The notes below the pieces were generated by a model. That model made no database searches and was not told the DNA's origin. It worked only from the letters and a program-made list of their open reading frames with translations. A stretch of DNA of 64,000 nt from Peribolospora baueri (Eukaryota): NCBI GenBank assembly GCA_029717555.1, contig JAMDHS010000046.1:1-64000 (forward strand), given 5' to 3'. A program made the translations under genes and the position numbers. This document shows, piece after piece, positions 23,489 through 37,223 of the stretch; the stretch's first letter is position 1; each line of letters starts with the position of its first letter.

Positions 23489-25251
23489 CTAGAAGTCTTC
23501 ATCGGTCGTAAATATCCGCTCTCCCGCACCACCAAGACCTGCGCCCTCGTCTTTGCGCATGACGCCGGCCTTGGCATAGTCGGACACTCGCTTCTCGAAG
23601 AAGTTTGTCTTGCCAGAGATGGAGATCCTGCGGTGCCGTTGATGTCGTAGAGGGGAGGAAAGTCGGGGGCAATTAGTGAGATAGGTAAAATGAGTGAAAC
23701 AGATGAGATCTGCCCCACAAACTCACATCTCCATAAAGTCGAACGGGTTGGTGGCGTTGTAAACCTTCTTGTTCCCCAGCGCCACGAGAAGACGATCCGC
23801 GACAAACTGCAGTAAGAGCCGTCAAGAAGGCACGGCACGACTTGAGCGGTGTGTGAATCTGGCGGACGTCGCAGGACCACCATAAGAGCGGCTCACCTCA
23901 ATGTACTGGCACATGAGCTTTTGATTCATGCCAATGAGTGCCACTGGAAGAGCGTCGGTGAGGAACTCCTGTTCGATGACAACGGCCTCGCTGATGATGC
24001 GCTTCACCGTCTCGGGATGCGGCCGTCTCCGGAGGTGGCTGAAAACGAGGCAGGCAAAATCGGTGTGAAGGCCTTCGTCGCGAGAGATGAGCTCGTTGGA
24101 GAACGTGAGGCCCGGCATCAGGCCCCGCTTTTTGAGCCAGAAGATGGAAGCGAAAGAGCCTGCAAAGACGACGACACGATAAAGGTTGAAAATTTTAAGG
24201 TCCGAGGAGTGAGCGCCAAGAACTCCACTCCATGTCCTATCCCAAGCATTCACGGGTTCGTTGGACTCACCAGAGAAAAAAATCCCCTCCACAGCGGCAA
24301 AGGCGACAAGCCGCTCAGCAAAGGTGCAGCGTTTGTCGGAGATCCACCGAAGAGCCCAATCTGCTTTGGTCTTCACGCACGGAATCGTGTCAATGGCGTC
24401 GAAGAGGAACTGGCGGTGGGCAGGGTCGCGGATATAGGTGTCGATCAGGAGGGAGTACGTCTCAGAGTGAATGTTCTCGCTATATAGGAAAGGGCAAGCA
24501 CAACGCGGACGTGAGCCGTCAGCCTGCGGTTGCGCTTGACAGACATCGGCCAAACCATGCTCGCTCCTAACAGCGTCCACGCGGACATGTACTCACATCA
24601 TAATCTGGAACCCGTAAAAACATCGCGCCTCCGCCGCCTGCACCTCTGCGCTAAATCTCTCGACGAGGTTCTCGTTGACGATGCCGTCCGAAGCGGCGAA
24701 GAAGGCGAGAACATGAGAGATGAAGTAACGCTCATTGTCGTTCAATTTGATCTCCCAGTCTAGCACGTCCTTGGACAGATCAATCTCCTCCGCCGTCCAG
24801 AAGGAAGCCTCGGCCTTTTTGTACATTCGCCAGATCTAGGCCATCCCGTTCGGGGTCGGATCAGATGGACGAGCGCTGTGGTCAACCTCCACCGCTCACC
24901 TGCCGGCACTGATGCCGGCTAAGCCAAGAGCACTCCATATGTGCTCACCTCATGGTATTGAATCGGGAACAAGACGAATCGCCTGTCGTTCGGCTTCAAA
25001 AGCGGCTCATCCTTTTCCATCAAGTCCACGTCTCCCACGAACAGGTCCCTCGTGGTATCTGTATCCCCCGCGTCCGACGCCTTTATCCGGTCCGCCTCAT
25101 CGTGCGTTCCTGATAAAGAACGAGGAGAGAGAGGCGCCCCTGTTGAAGGTCTTGAACGAGCAGCCTGGTGTTTATCGAGGAAGGAGGGTGTATCGAAGTC
25201 GCTCTCTGGATCTGACAGGAACGAGGAAGATGGAGGCGAGTTGATCTCCAT
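23489..25251 (-). CDS. RNR2: Ribonucleotide reductase small subunit
   Basis: [86 protein letters not shown] and C-terminal FTTDEDF*. Confidence 0.97.
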
Positions 25252-25854
25252 GTTCGCAGGCGCTGTCAGCTGTCTGTCTGCGACGTCTTCGACCCTCGGA
25301 GACAGCGAATGGTGGCAGTCGAGGTCTGAGCGATGATGATCTGTGCGTGGCCCAAAAATATCGCCGCGCCGCGTTGAGAACGCGCAAAGATCGGCCGCAG
25401 TCGGAAGATCGCCTTCAGCGACCGACGGTCATATCCGTCCCTTGCTTGCTTTCACTTGACCGCCGCCGACGACGACGACGCGGTAACAACCAGTGGAAGG
25501 TGACTTAAGGAACAAGGCTGCTCACATCTTCTCATCGCCAGTAGCAGTGGCAGTGGCAGTCAAGGGAGAGGACCACACTCACGTATACGTTCCACTTCGT
25601 CCTCGCACCGAGCGAGCAAACGCCTTGAGCGGCTTCCATGCTCGATCGACGTCGTCCCTATTCCAACCCGAGCTAACCCTAACTGCTCCCCCGCAGTGAC
25701 CACCGACTGAGCCCTGCCCAATCTCGACGACGAGGGTGCGAGAAATTACTCCCCGTCCATCTTCTCTTCCCGCCAACAACCCGCGACATCCTCGCCGCCG
25801 CCGACATCGCCATCGCTCTCGAGCATCGTCCGCGTAGGCCCATCAGCCTTCGAG

Positions 25855-28800
25855 ATGGCCTCCTCCGCCGCTCCGGCCGGCTCCGACGAGCAGCTCGACG
25901 AGCTCCTCGCAAAGTTCGAGGTCGAGAACAAGATCAAGGACGGCGCGGAGAACCTGCTCAAGGTGTTCGAGACCAACTTGCACTCTGGCAGGGAGATGCT
26001 CAGGCATCAGGTAGAGGCCGAGCTCACCACGGCCAACAACAAGATTGCTGATCTCAAGAGGCAGATCGAATTATTGCAGAAGAATGGTGAGCTTGGTGGA
26101 GAAGGTGAAAGGAGAAAGGGCGAGGTCGGGAGCGTGGTGGAGGCGAGAGCTGCGAACGACGGGACGGATGCCGCCGCGAGGACGGCGAGGAGCGTGCGTG
26201 CGAGTCGTGCCGGTCTTCTGGTTGATTGGTGAGGGCGGCGGCCGGAGAGCGCAACGGTGCGAGCAGATGGGGATGTGTGTTGGAGCCGGCTTGCCGTGCC
26301 CGGAAGCCAGTCACGAGAGAAGTACGGCAGCGAAACCAGTCCGCCGACGTTGAACGACTAGTCATGCAGTCTGACCCCCGTCCTCCACCATTCTTCATCA
26401 GGCGCCTCGTCTCGCACCAATCGCCCGCGCAACCTAGCCACCCCAAACGCGGCTCCCTCCGGTCTCGGTCTGTCCGGCTTCCCACCCATTCCCTCAAGGC
26501 CGGGCAGTTTTGACGAAGCGCCCATGTCAACCTCAGGTCCGACTCCTGGTTCAGGGCCGGTATCAAACTCGGCCGTGGCTAGCGCCTTCAGCTCTGCTGG
26601 ACGGAGCCCCTCGAGATGGCCCCCGCCGTTGGAGGGCCGTGGGTATGCGAGCTTGGACTATGGTCCCAGTGAGAGGATGACGGGCCGTGGTGAAGTGGTG
26701 GTGGACGACGGCGTGTTCACTGAGGCAGGTAAGTGGGACCAGCAATCGAGCGCTCACGCCGAGCATGACTCAGGCCGGGGCGGACAGGCCTCGTTTCACT
26801 AATTGTCATGCTCTCGCCTTTATGCATCTATATGTGCTCACAGAGGACGCCAAAACGTCTCGCGCGCTTGCTCAGACGCTCCTCAAGTCGCTTGCCAATT
26901 TGTCAGTCCCTCCAGTGGCACCGTCTGGGGTCCCAGCTGTGGACACCACCACCACGTCACCTGCCGGTGGAGATATACTGTCCAACGTCAAGCTTTCGTC
27001 CCCCAACCTGAACGCCTCCCCTTCCCGCGTCCGAGTACGAGCAGCCGCCCTAGCCGCCTCCGGACCTGCGCACGTCCGCACGCCCAGCCTGGCTCCCGGA
27101 ATGACGGATGTGGCGGGACAAAGGATTGGCTTGATGGAGCGGTTGGTGGATTGCTTGAAGAAGAACGATCGGACCAAGTATGAGCTTGACGCAGCTGAGG
27201 CGGCGGAATGGTGAGTGGCATGCACGTTACACGCTGTTTGTCTTGCTTCTGTCACACGCTGCTTGTCTCGGCTTCTGTTCGAATGCGTTCTCGTCGGCGA
27301 GGCTCACTCCCTCGTTTCCATGTTCGGGACTATACAGCATTTTACCCCTCCTCTCGGACACCTCCGGAAAAGAGGTCCGGTCGGCAGCGTATCGTCTGGT
27401 CCGCCACCTTCTTCTCCTCCCGCCCTCTCCGAACCCCCTCATAACCTTACTCCGGTCCCGCGGGCTCGATATCTACCTGGTGCGAACGCTAGCTCGGGAC
27501 GCTAGGTTCGATATTGAGAAGGAGCAGGCGATTATGCTCGTTCGCAAGTGTTTGGAGATTGGAGCTGCGATGGGCTTGGACGGTACTGGGACGGGCACGG
27601 ACACTGCAACGGTGGGCGGAACGAGCGAGAAAGGAAAGGAGAGAGCCGAGGAAGGGGACGATGGCGCTATGGTCGGCATCGAGGTCATGCGCGCCCTTGT
27701 TGCCGTTGCTGAGCATGGAGAAGATAGTTTCAGGCTTGTCTGTCTTGAGACCTTGGCCGAGTGCGGTAAGCGTCGCGGACCGTCGTCGGGGTGGCGCTTC
27801 TTCGAAAGGCATTGATCGTCCGTTGTCCGCCTCGTCTAACTCACGTCTTTGCCCGCTGGCATCTACATCTCCCCGTTCCTTCCTTCCTTAGCCATCCTGT
27901 GTCCTTCCCTTCTCTCCCGCTCCGGCGGCCTCCGAGTCCTGCTCCCGACCCTCGTTGACGGGCCATATGACTTCTCACCCACGCTCATAAAAGCCTTTCT
28001 CTGGATGGTCGACGCACCCGATACGCGACGCTGGCTCCGTCCGGGCATCGATCTGGAGATTGCGCTAAGCGGGTTCACAGAACAGGTCGCGCTCAAGGGC
28101 GCCGCGCTGGAGGATCGTGTGAAGAGCACGGCGAGGGTGTGTAGCGTCATGCTTAGAAGTTGGAGCGGTGAGCGATTCTGATCCCTGTCTTCGCACATTC
28201 CGTCTGTCTTTGTGTTGGTGACGCTACAAATTAACCCTCGCGCCGTTTTTGGCGGATTTGTAGGCCTTCTTTATCTCTGCATGAACGACAAGCAAGCCAT
28301 CGTTTCTCTTGTCAATGCGCTCGCCATTAACAACAAAGAAGTTCGGGTGAGATGCACGTCTTCGACTTTTTAATGTCCTCCCTTCCGACTCCGTTAGCGG
28401 ACAGTACGAGCTGAGCACTGGTACCATTTGGTTTTCGCCCTGTTGCCCGTCATCAGGATATCATGCTAGACATGTTCTTTGAAGCCTTCAACATCCGTGC
28501 TTCTTCATGGTATGACGCCTTTCTCGAAGGCAGGCGACTGACGAGTACGTAACGCAACCCCCCCATCCCCTCTCCGCGCTTCCTCTCATCATTTCGCGGT
28601 AGTTAACGTGCTCAAAATTTTGTTGTCGCCCATCGGACAGTGTACAGGGGCAAGGATGGCAAGCCACCAATACCCAACGTGCCCTCCACAGAGGTCGAGG
28701 CGGAGCAGCGACCACCAGAGCGGCTCAACGTCGTCGACCATTACTTGAGTTTGCTTCTGATCGTATTTATTGAGGCCGGTCTAGTGGACGTGAGTTGAAT

Positions 28801-31800
28801 GATTGCCGTGGTGGCAGCTCATGGCAAGAGATGTGGAGCTCATTCAGCCTATCTTATCCTCAGGTATTGGCCAGGATCGTCGAGGAAGGTGATCAGAGCT
28901 CGACGCGCAAGGCTACGCTGCTCATGGGAGAGATTCTTCAAGTGTCTAACCGAGTTTTGCCGGCGAGCTACGGCGTGCGGGTTCATGTGAGAAGCGGGAT
29001 ACCCCAGCTCTGTCTTGCATTTCGCGGCTCCCGCTGATCAAAGATGCCTTCGTCTCCATGTCATCAGGCGCTGCCTCGTCTCTTCGCCCTCGCCTCCTCT
29101 TTTACGGCCTCCCTATCACGTCAAGCTGCCTCGTCTGCCCTGTCATCGATCGATAGCTTTAACCGAAACAGGGCGCGTTTGGAGCCAGAAACGAAGAAGG
29201 CCGGTGCGGGAGCGAGGAAGCGATCGAACAGCATTGAAGAATCGATGCGACGAGGCCAACGGAGCGTGGAGAAGGCCAAGGTTCGGATGGGCATGCAGAT
29301 CGACGATGCGGCATTCAGGAACTTGTTGATCGAGACCCAGGTGAGCGTTCGTGGTGCCGTAGGGAGGCAACGTATGGTGCGATCTCGGGACAGGTCGCTG
29401 AACTAGCCGTTTGCAACGGTATCGTAGGTTTTGAACACAAAAGATCACACGAAATGGCACTTCGACACGCTCATGGAGACGTTGGAAGGGCCTTTGCTGA
29501 ACTCGCGCCGCCTAGAGGAAGCCATGCGGGCCACCAAGTTTGTCCGTCGCCTCCTCTCCTTCTTCCACCCCTTCGAGCACCGCTTTTCAGATGTGCGCAA
29601 AACCAAGCCAAACCGACGCTACGTCAAGCTCGGCTGCACTCTTTTGACAACACTCTTGGCCCAGCCGGACGGGGTCAGGTTCTTGGCGGAGGACAAGCTG
29701 TTGAAGCAGATAGCGGAGTGCTTAAATCAGCTCGATCCGGTGCGTTCAACGGGGCTTTCTGTCTGGCCGGCGTCTGTGGTTTGTATTGATTTCCGTACAT
29801 TGCATTCCGTGCAGCTGAGCGGTTCTGCCGTTGCGGAGCCTTTGTTCTCGATACAGCGGATGGAGGACACCCTCACCTACGGTTACTTTGAGATGCTCGG
29901 CACGTTGAGCCAATCGCCTGAGGGCATCGAGTGAGCGCATATCGATAAGACTATGAAGACGAGTAGATCGCGTTGTCTCATTTCACAATACTTGACGTTT
30001 CCGTAAATAGGCTCTTGGAACGCTTCAAGATCTTCACCTCGTTCTACCATTTGAGCGAGCTCAAAAGTAGGGAGGATCTCATCAAGGCTATCATCGAGAA
30101 CGTTGATTACACCATGTGAGTGGTTCCACAGGCTTTTGTGCCGGCGTTTTTGACATCCCACTTAACTCGCAATTTGTCTCTCTTCGAAGTGATGGGCACC
30201 CACGTATTGTGTTGTCGAAGGCGTTGACGTCGAGCTACAAGGTGAGCATTGCTTCAGCTATGTTGCCCATATGCTTCACCACAGTACACTGGGAGACACT
30301 CATCGTTCTCGCCATCGTCCCTAGCACATTCGCCTCTACGCCTCACACCACCTCGCCGAGCTTATCCGCCGCTACTCTGCACCGCCCGAGTGGATGATCC
30401 GACTTCTCCTCACGCAGCTCTATGACCCCTCCATGGAAGTGTGTGAGCTGGCGGTGCACATCATTGAGGAGGCTTGCGAATCGCCGGAGATCCTCGAGAC
30501 GGTTGTCCGGATGCGGCCTACATTGGATCATCTGGGAGAGATCGGCCATCCGCTCCTGCTTCGTTTCCTTTCGACGAGCGTCGGCTTCACCTACCTTTGG
30601 CAAGGAGAGTACATAGATCGTGAGATGGAGGACTGGTTTCATGTGAGTGAGCGCTACCGGTTGAGCGGTAGGTCGGCGGAGCATTGCTGATCGGACAATG
30701 TTCCGCTCCCCTCGGGTTTTGCAGGACCGCAACCATCGCTACGTGGTCCAGCTCGAGGTCTTCTTGGCGAAATCTCTTTGCCCGGACCGCACCCGTGGGA
30801 ATCACGATGAGATAATGTGAGCGCTCTGTGCATGGCTGAGCCTTATCCTGTGTGTCTTTGGAGTTGAGCTGACCGTCTCCCGACCTGTTCTTCCCTTATA
30901 ACTTGCCCAGGCAATTCGACGGGATGGTGCCTCCGCACTTCTATGGCGAGCTGGCTAAGACCAACGAAGGCTGTCAGGTCCTGCAGGAGAAGGGCCACTT
31001 TGCCGAGTTTGCGCATTTCATAAGACAGAACGGGTTCGAATGCCGGGATGTTGAGGTGATCAGCAAGCTAAAGAGCGTGCTTTGGGCCGTCGTGAGTAGC
31101 GTCTATTCTGACGAAACAGACTTTGAGTGGCAGAGTGGACGGCTGAATGACCGTTCTTGCACATGGCGACACACAGGGAAACATTGGGTCAACAAAGGGT
31201 GGACTCCCGTTCCTGGAGGCAGAGGACGTCGTTTCAGACATTGTGCAGATCGCCGAGAAGTCATTGGTGCTCTCAGTTCGAGGGTGATCATCTGTTTACT
31301 CATCATAGGAAGACGGACGACTACGAGGAGTAAAGGCTAACTTGTGCCTCGTTCTTGTCAACTTTTCTCTCGGCGCTTGCAGGACTTGCTTCTTCGTTCT
31401 CGGTCTGATCTCATCTACGCAACAGGGTGCTGATCTCCTAGAGGAGTACGGTTGGGAGGCCGTCTGCACCCCGTTGGGAGCTCCAATTGGCTTGTGTGTG
31501 CCGGAGAATCTGAATCAGTTCGTGAAGGTGCGCGCATGGCCTCCGATCTGGTCTGCACGAAGTGGGTCATGGTTTTGCTGATCCACCGCCTGCCCTCCGG
31601 CGTTCCATAGATTCCGCCTTGGACGACGGAGGAACATGCACCACCTTTGACGCTGGAGCTCGCTGGGCCGGAGAGCGTGATCGAGCGAGAAATCATGACG
31701 GCGATAGCGAACCTGAGCAACTCGATCCTGGCCAACAACACATCGCGCACGCTGGCCCGGCTCAAGACGCGACATCGCCGTCACTTTTCCGACGTCACGC

Positions 31801-32198
31801 TCTTCGCTCGTGCGCTTAGGCTCCTAGGCGATTTCCACTACCGCCTTCCCGTCCGGCGGTACATCATCGAGCTGTTCGATGTCAAGCTCGACCAGCACAC
31901 GGTCGCAGCTGTGCAGGAGCGCTGGAAGAGGCTGCGGGAGAAGAAGCTGTCCGGGAAGAAGGCCGCTCCGTCGTCCAACGGCACCATCCCAGCCGAGCCA
32001 GCAGACGAAACGACGCCGGTGCGCCCCGTGGCCCATTTCGGCTCGCGACGATCCAGAGTCTTCGCCGCCGCGCCGGTCGACGACGGCATAGAAGGCGCCA
32101 TGAGCACGAGCGACGAGTCGGCTTGGGAGCCGGAGGTGCCTGACCTCCCGAAGAAAGTGACGCTCGAGCCGAGACAGAAGATCGTTGGCTTTGCGTGA
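25855..32198 (+). CDS. AVO3: TORC2 subunit Rictor/Avo3 (Tsc11/Ste20) with N-terminal HR1 domain
   Basis: HR1-like VENKIKDGAENLL; EVRSAAYRLVRH, EKEQAIMLVRK, CLETLAE, RRLLSFFHP, LLTQLYDP, PPHFYGELAKT, LKSVLWAV|GNIGS and RTCFFVLGLIS; many GT-AG introns. Confidence 0.92.
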
Positions 32199-33282
32199 AG
32201 TGAACATCAGTGATGCGCGACGGCGGAAGAGCCCAGCTGGCGTTTGGGCTGCCTTGCCGCCAAGTCGTCTTCTCTTCCTTGCTTGCTCCATCTCACAATT
32301 TCATTGATATCGCCGTACATTCTCATTCTCTCGCATGGATATACTTGTGATACCCTGCCGTTCCAGCTGGCCTCCCTTCTTGTATTCCCGCCCATCTTTC
32401 TCTCTTTCTCCCACCTGTCCGTTTGATAGGCCCACCACGGGTCACATCCAACCCCATTGAGACGTTTGGGAATTGAGTAAAAGCCTTGCTTGGGTAGTCC
32501 TCATTTCCGCGTACACCTGGGCTACCATATCGACGTCGGCTAGTATGTCAGCATATTTCCTGTTCATGCGTGCGCAGATGGGAGCTGCACGGACTCTGGA
32601 GTAGACGCACAGTTCGAGCAAGGCGATTCGGCAATTCCAAACTGTGGCGGAAATCACGTGACTTGTACCCCGCCGCAGCTTTTTGCGAAGGGTAGAAAAG
32701 CTGGCTCGCTCGCTCTTTTTTCTTCTTCTCTTCTTCCTTACGGGCGCCGGCGCAGAAACGGACCCTCCCGCCGGGGGAAACCTCAGCGAGCGAGAGTCTC
32801 ATTTCGCGCGACATCGACTGATTGGGAGCGCCAACGTCGACGTCGGTCCCTCCGGACTGGCCGACACCGCACCTAGAGCTTCGCGGCTCCGGGCCATGGC
32901 GTATAGTCCCTGTCGGCGGCAGCCCAGAGGTTGCAACCTGAACGTGCGGATGATCGACCAAGGGGGAAACTCCTTCGGACGCCTGCACGAGAGGGGCGAA
33001 ACTTATTCCTAAGCCTTGTCGGGAACGTGGTCTTCATGTAGGCGGCTATGCCGCCATTCCGAGTTTGGGCAAAACCAAGTTTCGTACATTCGTTTTTTTT
33101 ATTCTTCTCTTTTTGTCATCTTCCGTCGTCGGTCTACGCTTTGCTCATTCGACGGTGGAGAACGTTCGCTAGTTTGAATGCAAATTCAGTTCAGATGATG
33201 GATAGTCTTGCTGGGGTCCGCTTGAGGCACCGCATGCCTTCTCCCAACTGCTTGGGGGTCAACTCCTAAGGACGTGACCGCG

Positions 33283-33318
<36 letters not shown>
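33283..33318. repeat. Poly-C homopolymer (36 nt)
   Basis: Uninterrupted run of 36 C in intergenic DNA. Confidence 0.95.
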
Positions 33319-33512
33319 AGTTCGAAAGGGCCCTGCTCCGATGCATAAATTACAATAAAGAACCTTGAGAATACTCTACACATGCGTTGCGACGCGAAAG
33401 AACCAGCCAGAGACGACGACAGCGGCGAAAGAGGATAACCGGCAATCTATAACCATGGAAAAGCACGCCCACGCGTCGGACGGCAGAGGCGACGACGATG
33501 GATGGAGAGCGG

Positions 33513-34923
33513 TCAGAAAGTCTGCTCGGCTTCCGCCTCTCGCAGAAGTGCTTCCTCGTCCTCGTTCGGTTCATAGTCTTCTTGGTTCGTTCGAAGTGGT
33601 GGCGAGAGTGGAGGCGGTTTCGGCCGGACGTCCACGTCGCTCCGAGCCGGACAGCGAACCCCTTGGGCTTCCCCTGAAGCGTTAGACCCTTCCTCCCCAT
33701 CGCCATGATTTCGCTGCTCGCCCTCGAGCATCTTCTCCAGCGCGCCAATCGTGCGCTCCCTCGCCACCAAGAGCCTCTGAGCTCTCTCGATGGTCAGGTC
33801 TTCATACTCGTTCTTGCCCTTTGTCGCCGTCGTCGCCGTCCTCTCACCCGTCCCATCCTTCCTATCCGACCTTGCAGCCGGTCGTGCTCCCGCTTTGATT
33901 AACTCCAGCTCGCTTCGCAGTTCGGCTATCCGGACGTCGTGGGAAGCGAGGCGAGAGCGTAGGGGTTCGACAGCCTCCCCGAGAAGGAACGCCTGGACCG
34001 CCGATCGGGCGCAGGTGAAGATGTGTTCGAAGCGAGCCGGGCCCAAGAGTTGGCCGCCGTACCAACTGCAAAAAGAGGGGGGCCCACGAACCAGTCAGCT
34101 ATGGGCGACGACGACAACTGCGGAGAGCCTGACAGGAAAGGGCACAGCAAAAGGGGACGACTTGACAAAGGTGGATGATTCGAAACCAAACCCGTAAGAA
34201 ATTATGCGAAAAAGGACGACTAGGCGAAGGAGGAAGGGGTAGCTCGGTCGGCTGGCGCGGGCCCCAGCAATCGACCCACAATGCCATCCTCGTCTGATAG
34301 CATTAGCACAGGCCAAGACAGGCACATCAAACGTAAGAGAAGAAATAAAGATACAATACGACACTCTGAGGGCGTGGAAAGAGAAGACCAACAGCTAGAC
34401 GAAGGTATACAAAAGCGGAGACTCACCGGCTGACAATGACCAAGCAGTCCACCGCTCCCTCGTCCGCCATCGCCCTCCTCACCTTGCTCCCGCCCCACTT
34501 CTCCCCATCGTCCTCCTCCGCCTCCCTCAGCACAAAGTCATCCGGCCCTCCGAGTCCGTCCCTGCCGTCCCTGAGCACGAGACACCTGTACGCCCACATG
34601 TTGTGAGTGGCCGCTTTACTCTTCGCAGGGATGGACTGTGCGGGAACGGTGGAAGGGTGGACGACGGTGATGAGGTGATGAAGGATGGCATCAATGTGGG
34701 ACTGGGAGGCTGTGCGGAAGGGGTAGGCATAGCCCACGAAGAGGGAGGAGCGGTCGACGACAGGCGGGGACGAGACGGGGAACGGGATGGAGCCGGTGGA
34801 AGGTGGGGTGGGAGAGCGCGGAAGGGAGAGCCAGGAGCGAAGGGTGCCGTCGGCGGTGGGTTTGGCCCGCTTCTTGGGAGCAGGGGCATCTTCTCCTTCT
34901 CGTGGATGACGTTTGAGCGACAT
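33513..34923 (-). CDS. IMPACT/UPF0029-domain protein lacking an RWD domain
   Basis: DRSSLFVG, AATHNMWAYR, EDDGEKWGG and VIVSR|WYGGQLLGPARFEHI; two exons separated by a ~360-nt intron; coiled-coil-like tail. Confidence 0.88.
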
Positions 34924-35193
34924 ATTTGATTTTGCTTTCTTCTCTCTTCATCTTCCAGCAGTCAGACGCTGATCGCCGTCCGACGTCGTCCACGGCGGTG
35001 GGGGTGGTGCGGGGCGATCGACTGCGGCGACATCCACGTGGCCCGGCAAAGGTCAGGCCCGAGCCGAGTCGGTCTTCCCCGGACGGGCTTCAGGCGCATC
35101 TCGTCGGGTCAGCGTCGGTGAAAAGGTTCGGCCAGCTTCTTCGTTCTCTACACCACCTACCTACCGTCTCTCCCCCCTCATCGTCCCATAGCC

Positions 35194-37067
35194 ATGGCCT
35201 CTGCAAGCTTCAGAAATGCGTTCATTGTGGCAAGCAAGCGTACGCCCTTTGGCGCCTTTGGCGGCAAGTGAGTCTGCAGCGCTTCCTCCCTTGCCGTTGA
35301 CGCCGCCCCGCCCAGTTCTTTCCGACTTGGCCCCCTTCCATCTTGACATGAGCTCAACGCGCTGACGTCCTGCTTCCCATTTGTTTTGTCTTTTCTTCTG
35401 CTCCTCTTCTCGTCTCTCTCGCTCAGGCTGAAGGACCACACGGCCTCTCAGCTCGGCGGCATCGCCAGCAAGGCCGCCCTCGCGGAGCTTCCGGAGAACA
35501 TACAAGTGGACAGCGTCATCTTCGGGTGCGTTGCAATCGCTGGGGATCGCCGGTGTCAACGGCGTGGTTATCCGTTGCTCGTGTTTGAGGCCATGAGCGA
35601 GGTCTCACCGGGGTCCCACGCGCTGACGTCTCCCTGTTTTCTACCACCGCCACAGCAACGTTCTCCACTCCGACAACGCGGGCGCCTACCTCGCCCGTCA
35701 CGTCGGACACCGCGCTGGTCTCCCCGTCACGGTGCCTGCTTTGACTGTCAACCGGTGGGATATTCTCCATCCGTCATTTCTTGCACAGTGGATGACGATG
35801 ACGACGACGACGAGACTGAGCGCTGACGGAACGTGGAACTTTGTTTCGTCGTGTTTTCGCCCCGCTCGCAGACTTTGCGGTTCGGGTATGCAGTCTCTCA
35901 TCAACGGCGTACAGGAGATTCAGCTCGGTCAATCCGATGTCGTGGTGCGTGTTTCCCAGTCCAGTCCCTTCCGAAATGCGATCAGCTGCCGACGAGGTCG
36001 ACCGCGGCGCTCATCTCGCCGTTTTCTTTTCTTTCTCGCTCGCCTCCTCGCCTCCTTCATCGCACAGCTCACCGGCGGAGCAGAGAACATGTCCCTCTCC
36101 CCTTATACGCTCCACGGCGTCCGATTCCCTCCCACCAAGTACGGCGTCGATCTCAAGCTCGTCGATTCGCTTGCCACCGCCCTCGTTGACCAGGTGCCGA
36201 CGCCGACGCCGATGGGTGAGCAGGTGGTCTCTTCCTCCAGCGATTAGGCCCCGTTTGACCGGGGATCTTGACGTCGTTTTTTTTTTCTTCCATCGACGGC
36301 CGCACCTCTATCGTTCAGGGTGAGTTTGAAGACGGACAGTGACCATTCCAAGGCCAGGCGAGACCAGCGCTGCCCACGCCACCTACTGACGCGACCGCGC
36401 CTTCCTCCGCGTCCTCGAACAGCATCACGGCGGAAAACTTGGCAGAGAAGTACGGCATCACGAGGGAGCAGTGCGACGAGTTTGCGCTCAAGAGCCAGCA
36501 GAGGTGGCAGAAGGCGAACGAGGAGGGCGCGTTCAGGGACGAGGTGGTGCCGGTGGAGGTCAAAGTGAAGAAGGTGGGTGAAGGGCGGACGGGCGTGGAT
36601 GGCGTGGTTTCGACGGGCACTCATACATACGATCACGTCCTCTCCCTTCCTTTGTGTGGCTCGCGCAGGCGACAGAGATGTTGGCGGTGGACGAGCACCC
36701 GCGGGCCAAGATGACGATGGAATCGCTGGCGAAGCTGCCGTCGGTGTTCAAGAAGGGAGGCGTGGTGACGGCGGGCAACGCTTCGGGCATCAACGACGGC
36801 GCTGGCGCCAACGTGGTCGTCTCTGAAGACGCACTGAAAAAGTACTCGCTGACGCCCAAGGCGCGCGTCGTGAGCTACGGCATCACGGCGTGCGAGCCGA
36901 GCATCATGGGCATCGGGCCCGTGACGGCGATCCGTCTTGCACTGTCTCGCGCCAACCTCAAGATCGAGGACATTGACCTGTTCGAGGTCAACGAGGCCTT
37001 TGCTGCTCAGTTCCTCTCCGTGCAGAAGGAGCTCGGCTTGCCAGAGGAGAGGACGAACGTGTTCGGA

Positions 37068-37099
<32 letters not shown>

Positions 37100-37223
37100 A
37101 TCCGGGGCGAGGATCATGGCGAACCTGACGCACAACTTGCACAGGCTCCAGAAGAGGTACGCTGTCGGCTCGGCCTGCATCGGCGGCGGGCAAGGCGTGG
37201 CTGTCGTGCTGGAGCGTGTTTGA
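35194..37223 (+). CDS. Acetyl-CoA C-acyltransferase (3-ketoacyl-CoA thiolase, ACAA2-like)
   Basis: [19 protein letters not shown] (catalytic Cys), [25 protein letters not shown] and CIGGGQG. Confidence 0.96.

Noticed and set aside
34230..34310. GRLLGPA-like sequence inside the IMPACT intron resembling the exon 2 start
   Set aside because: The match is short and out of phase with the nearby acceptor; probably chance.
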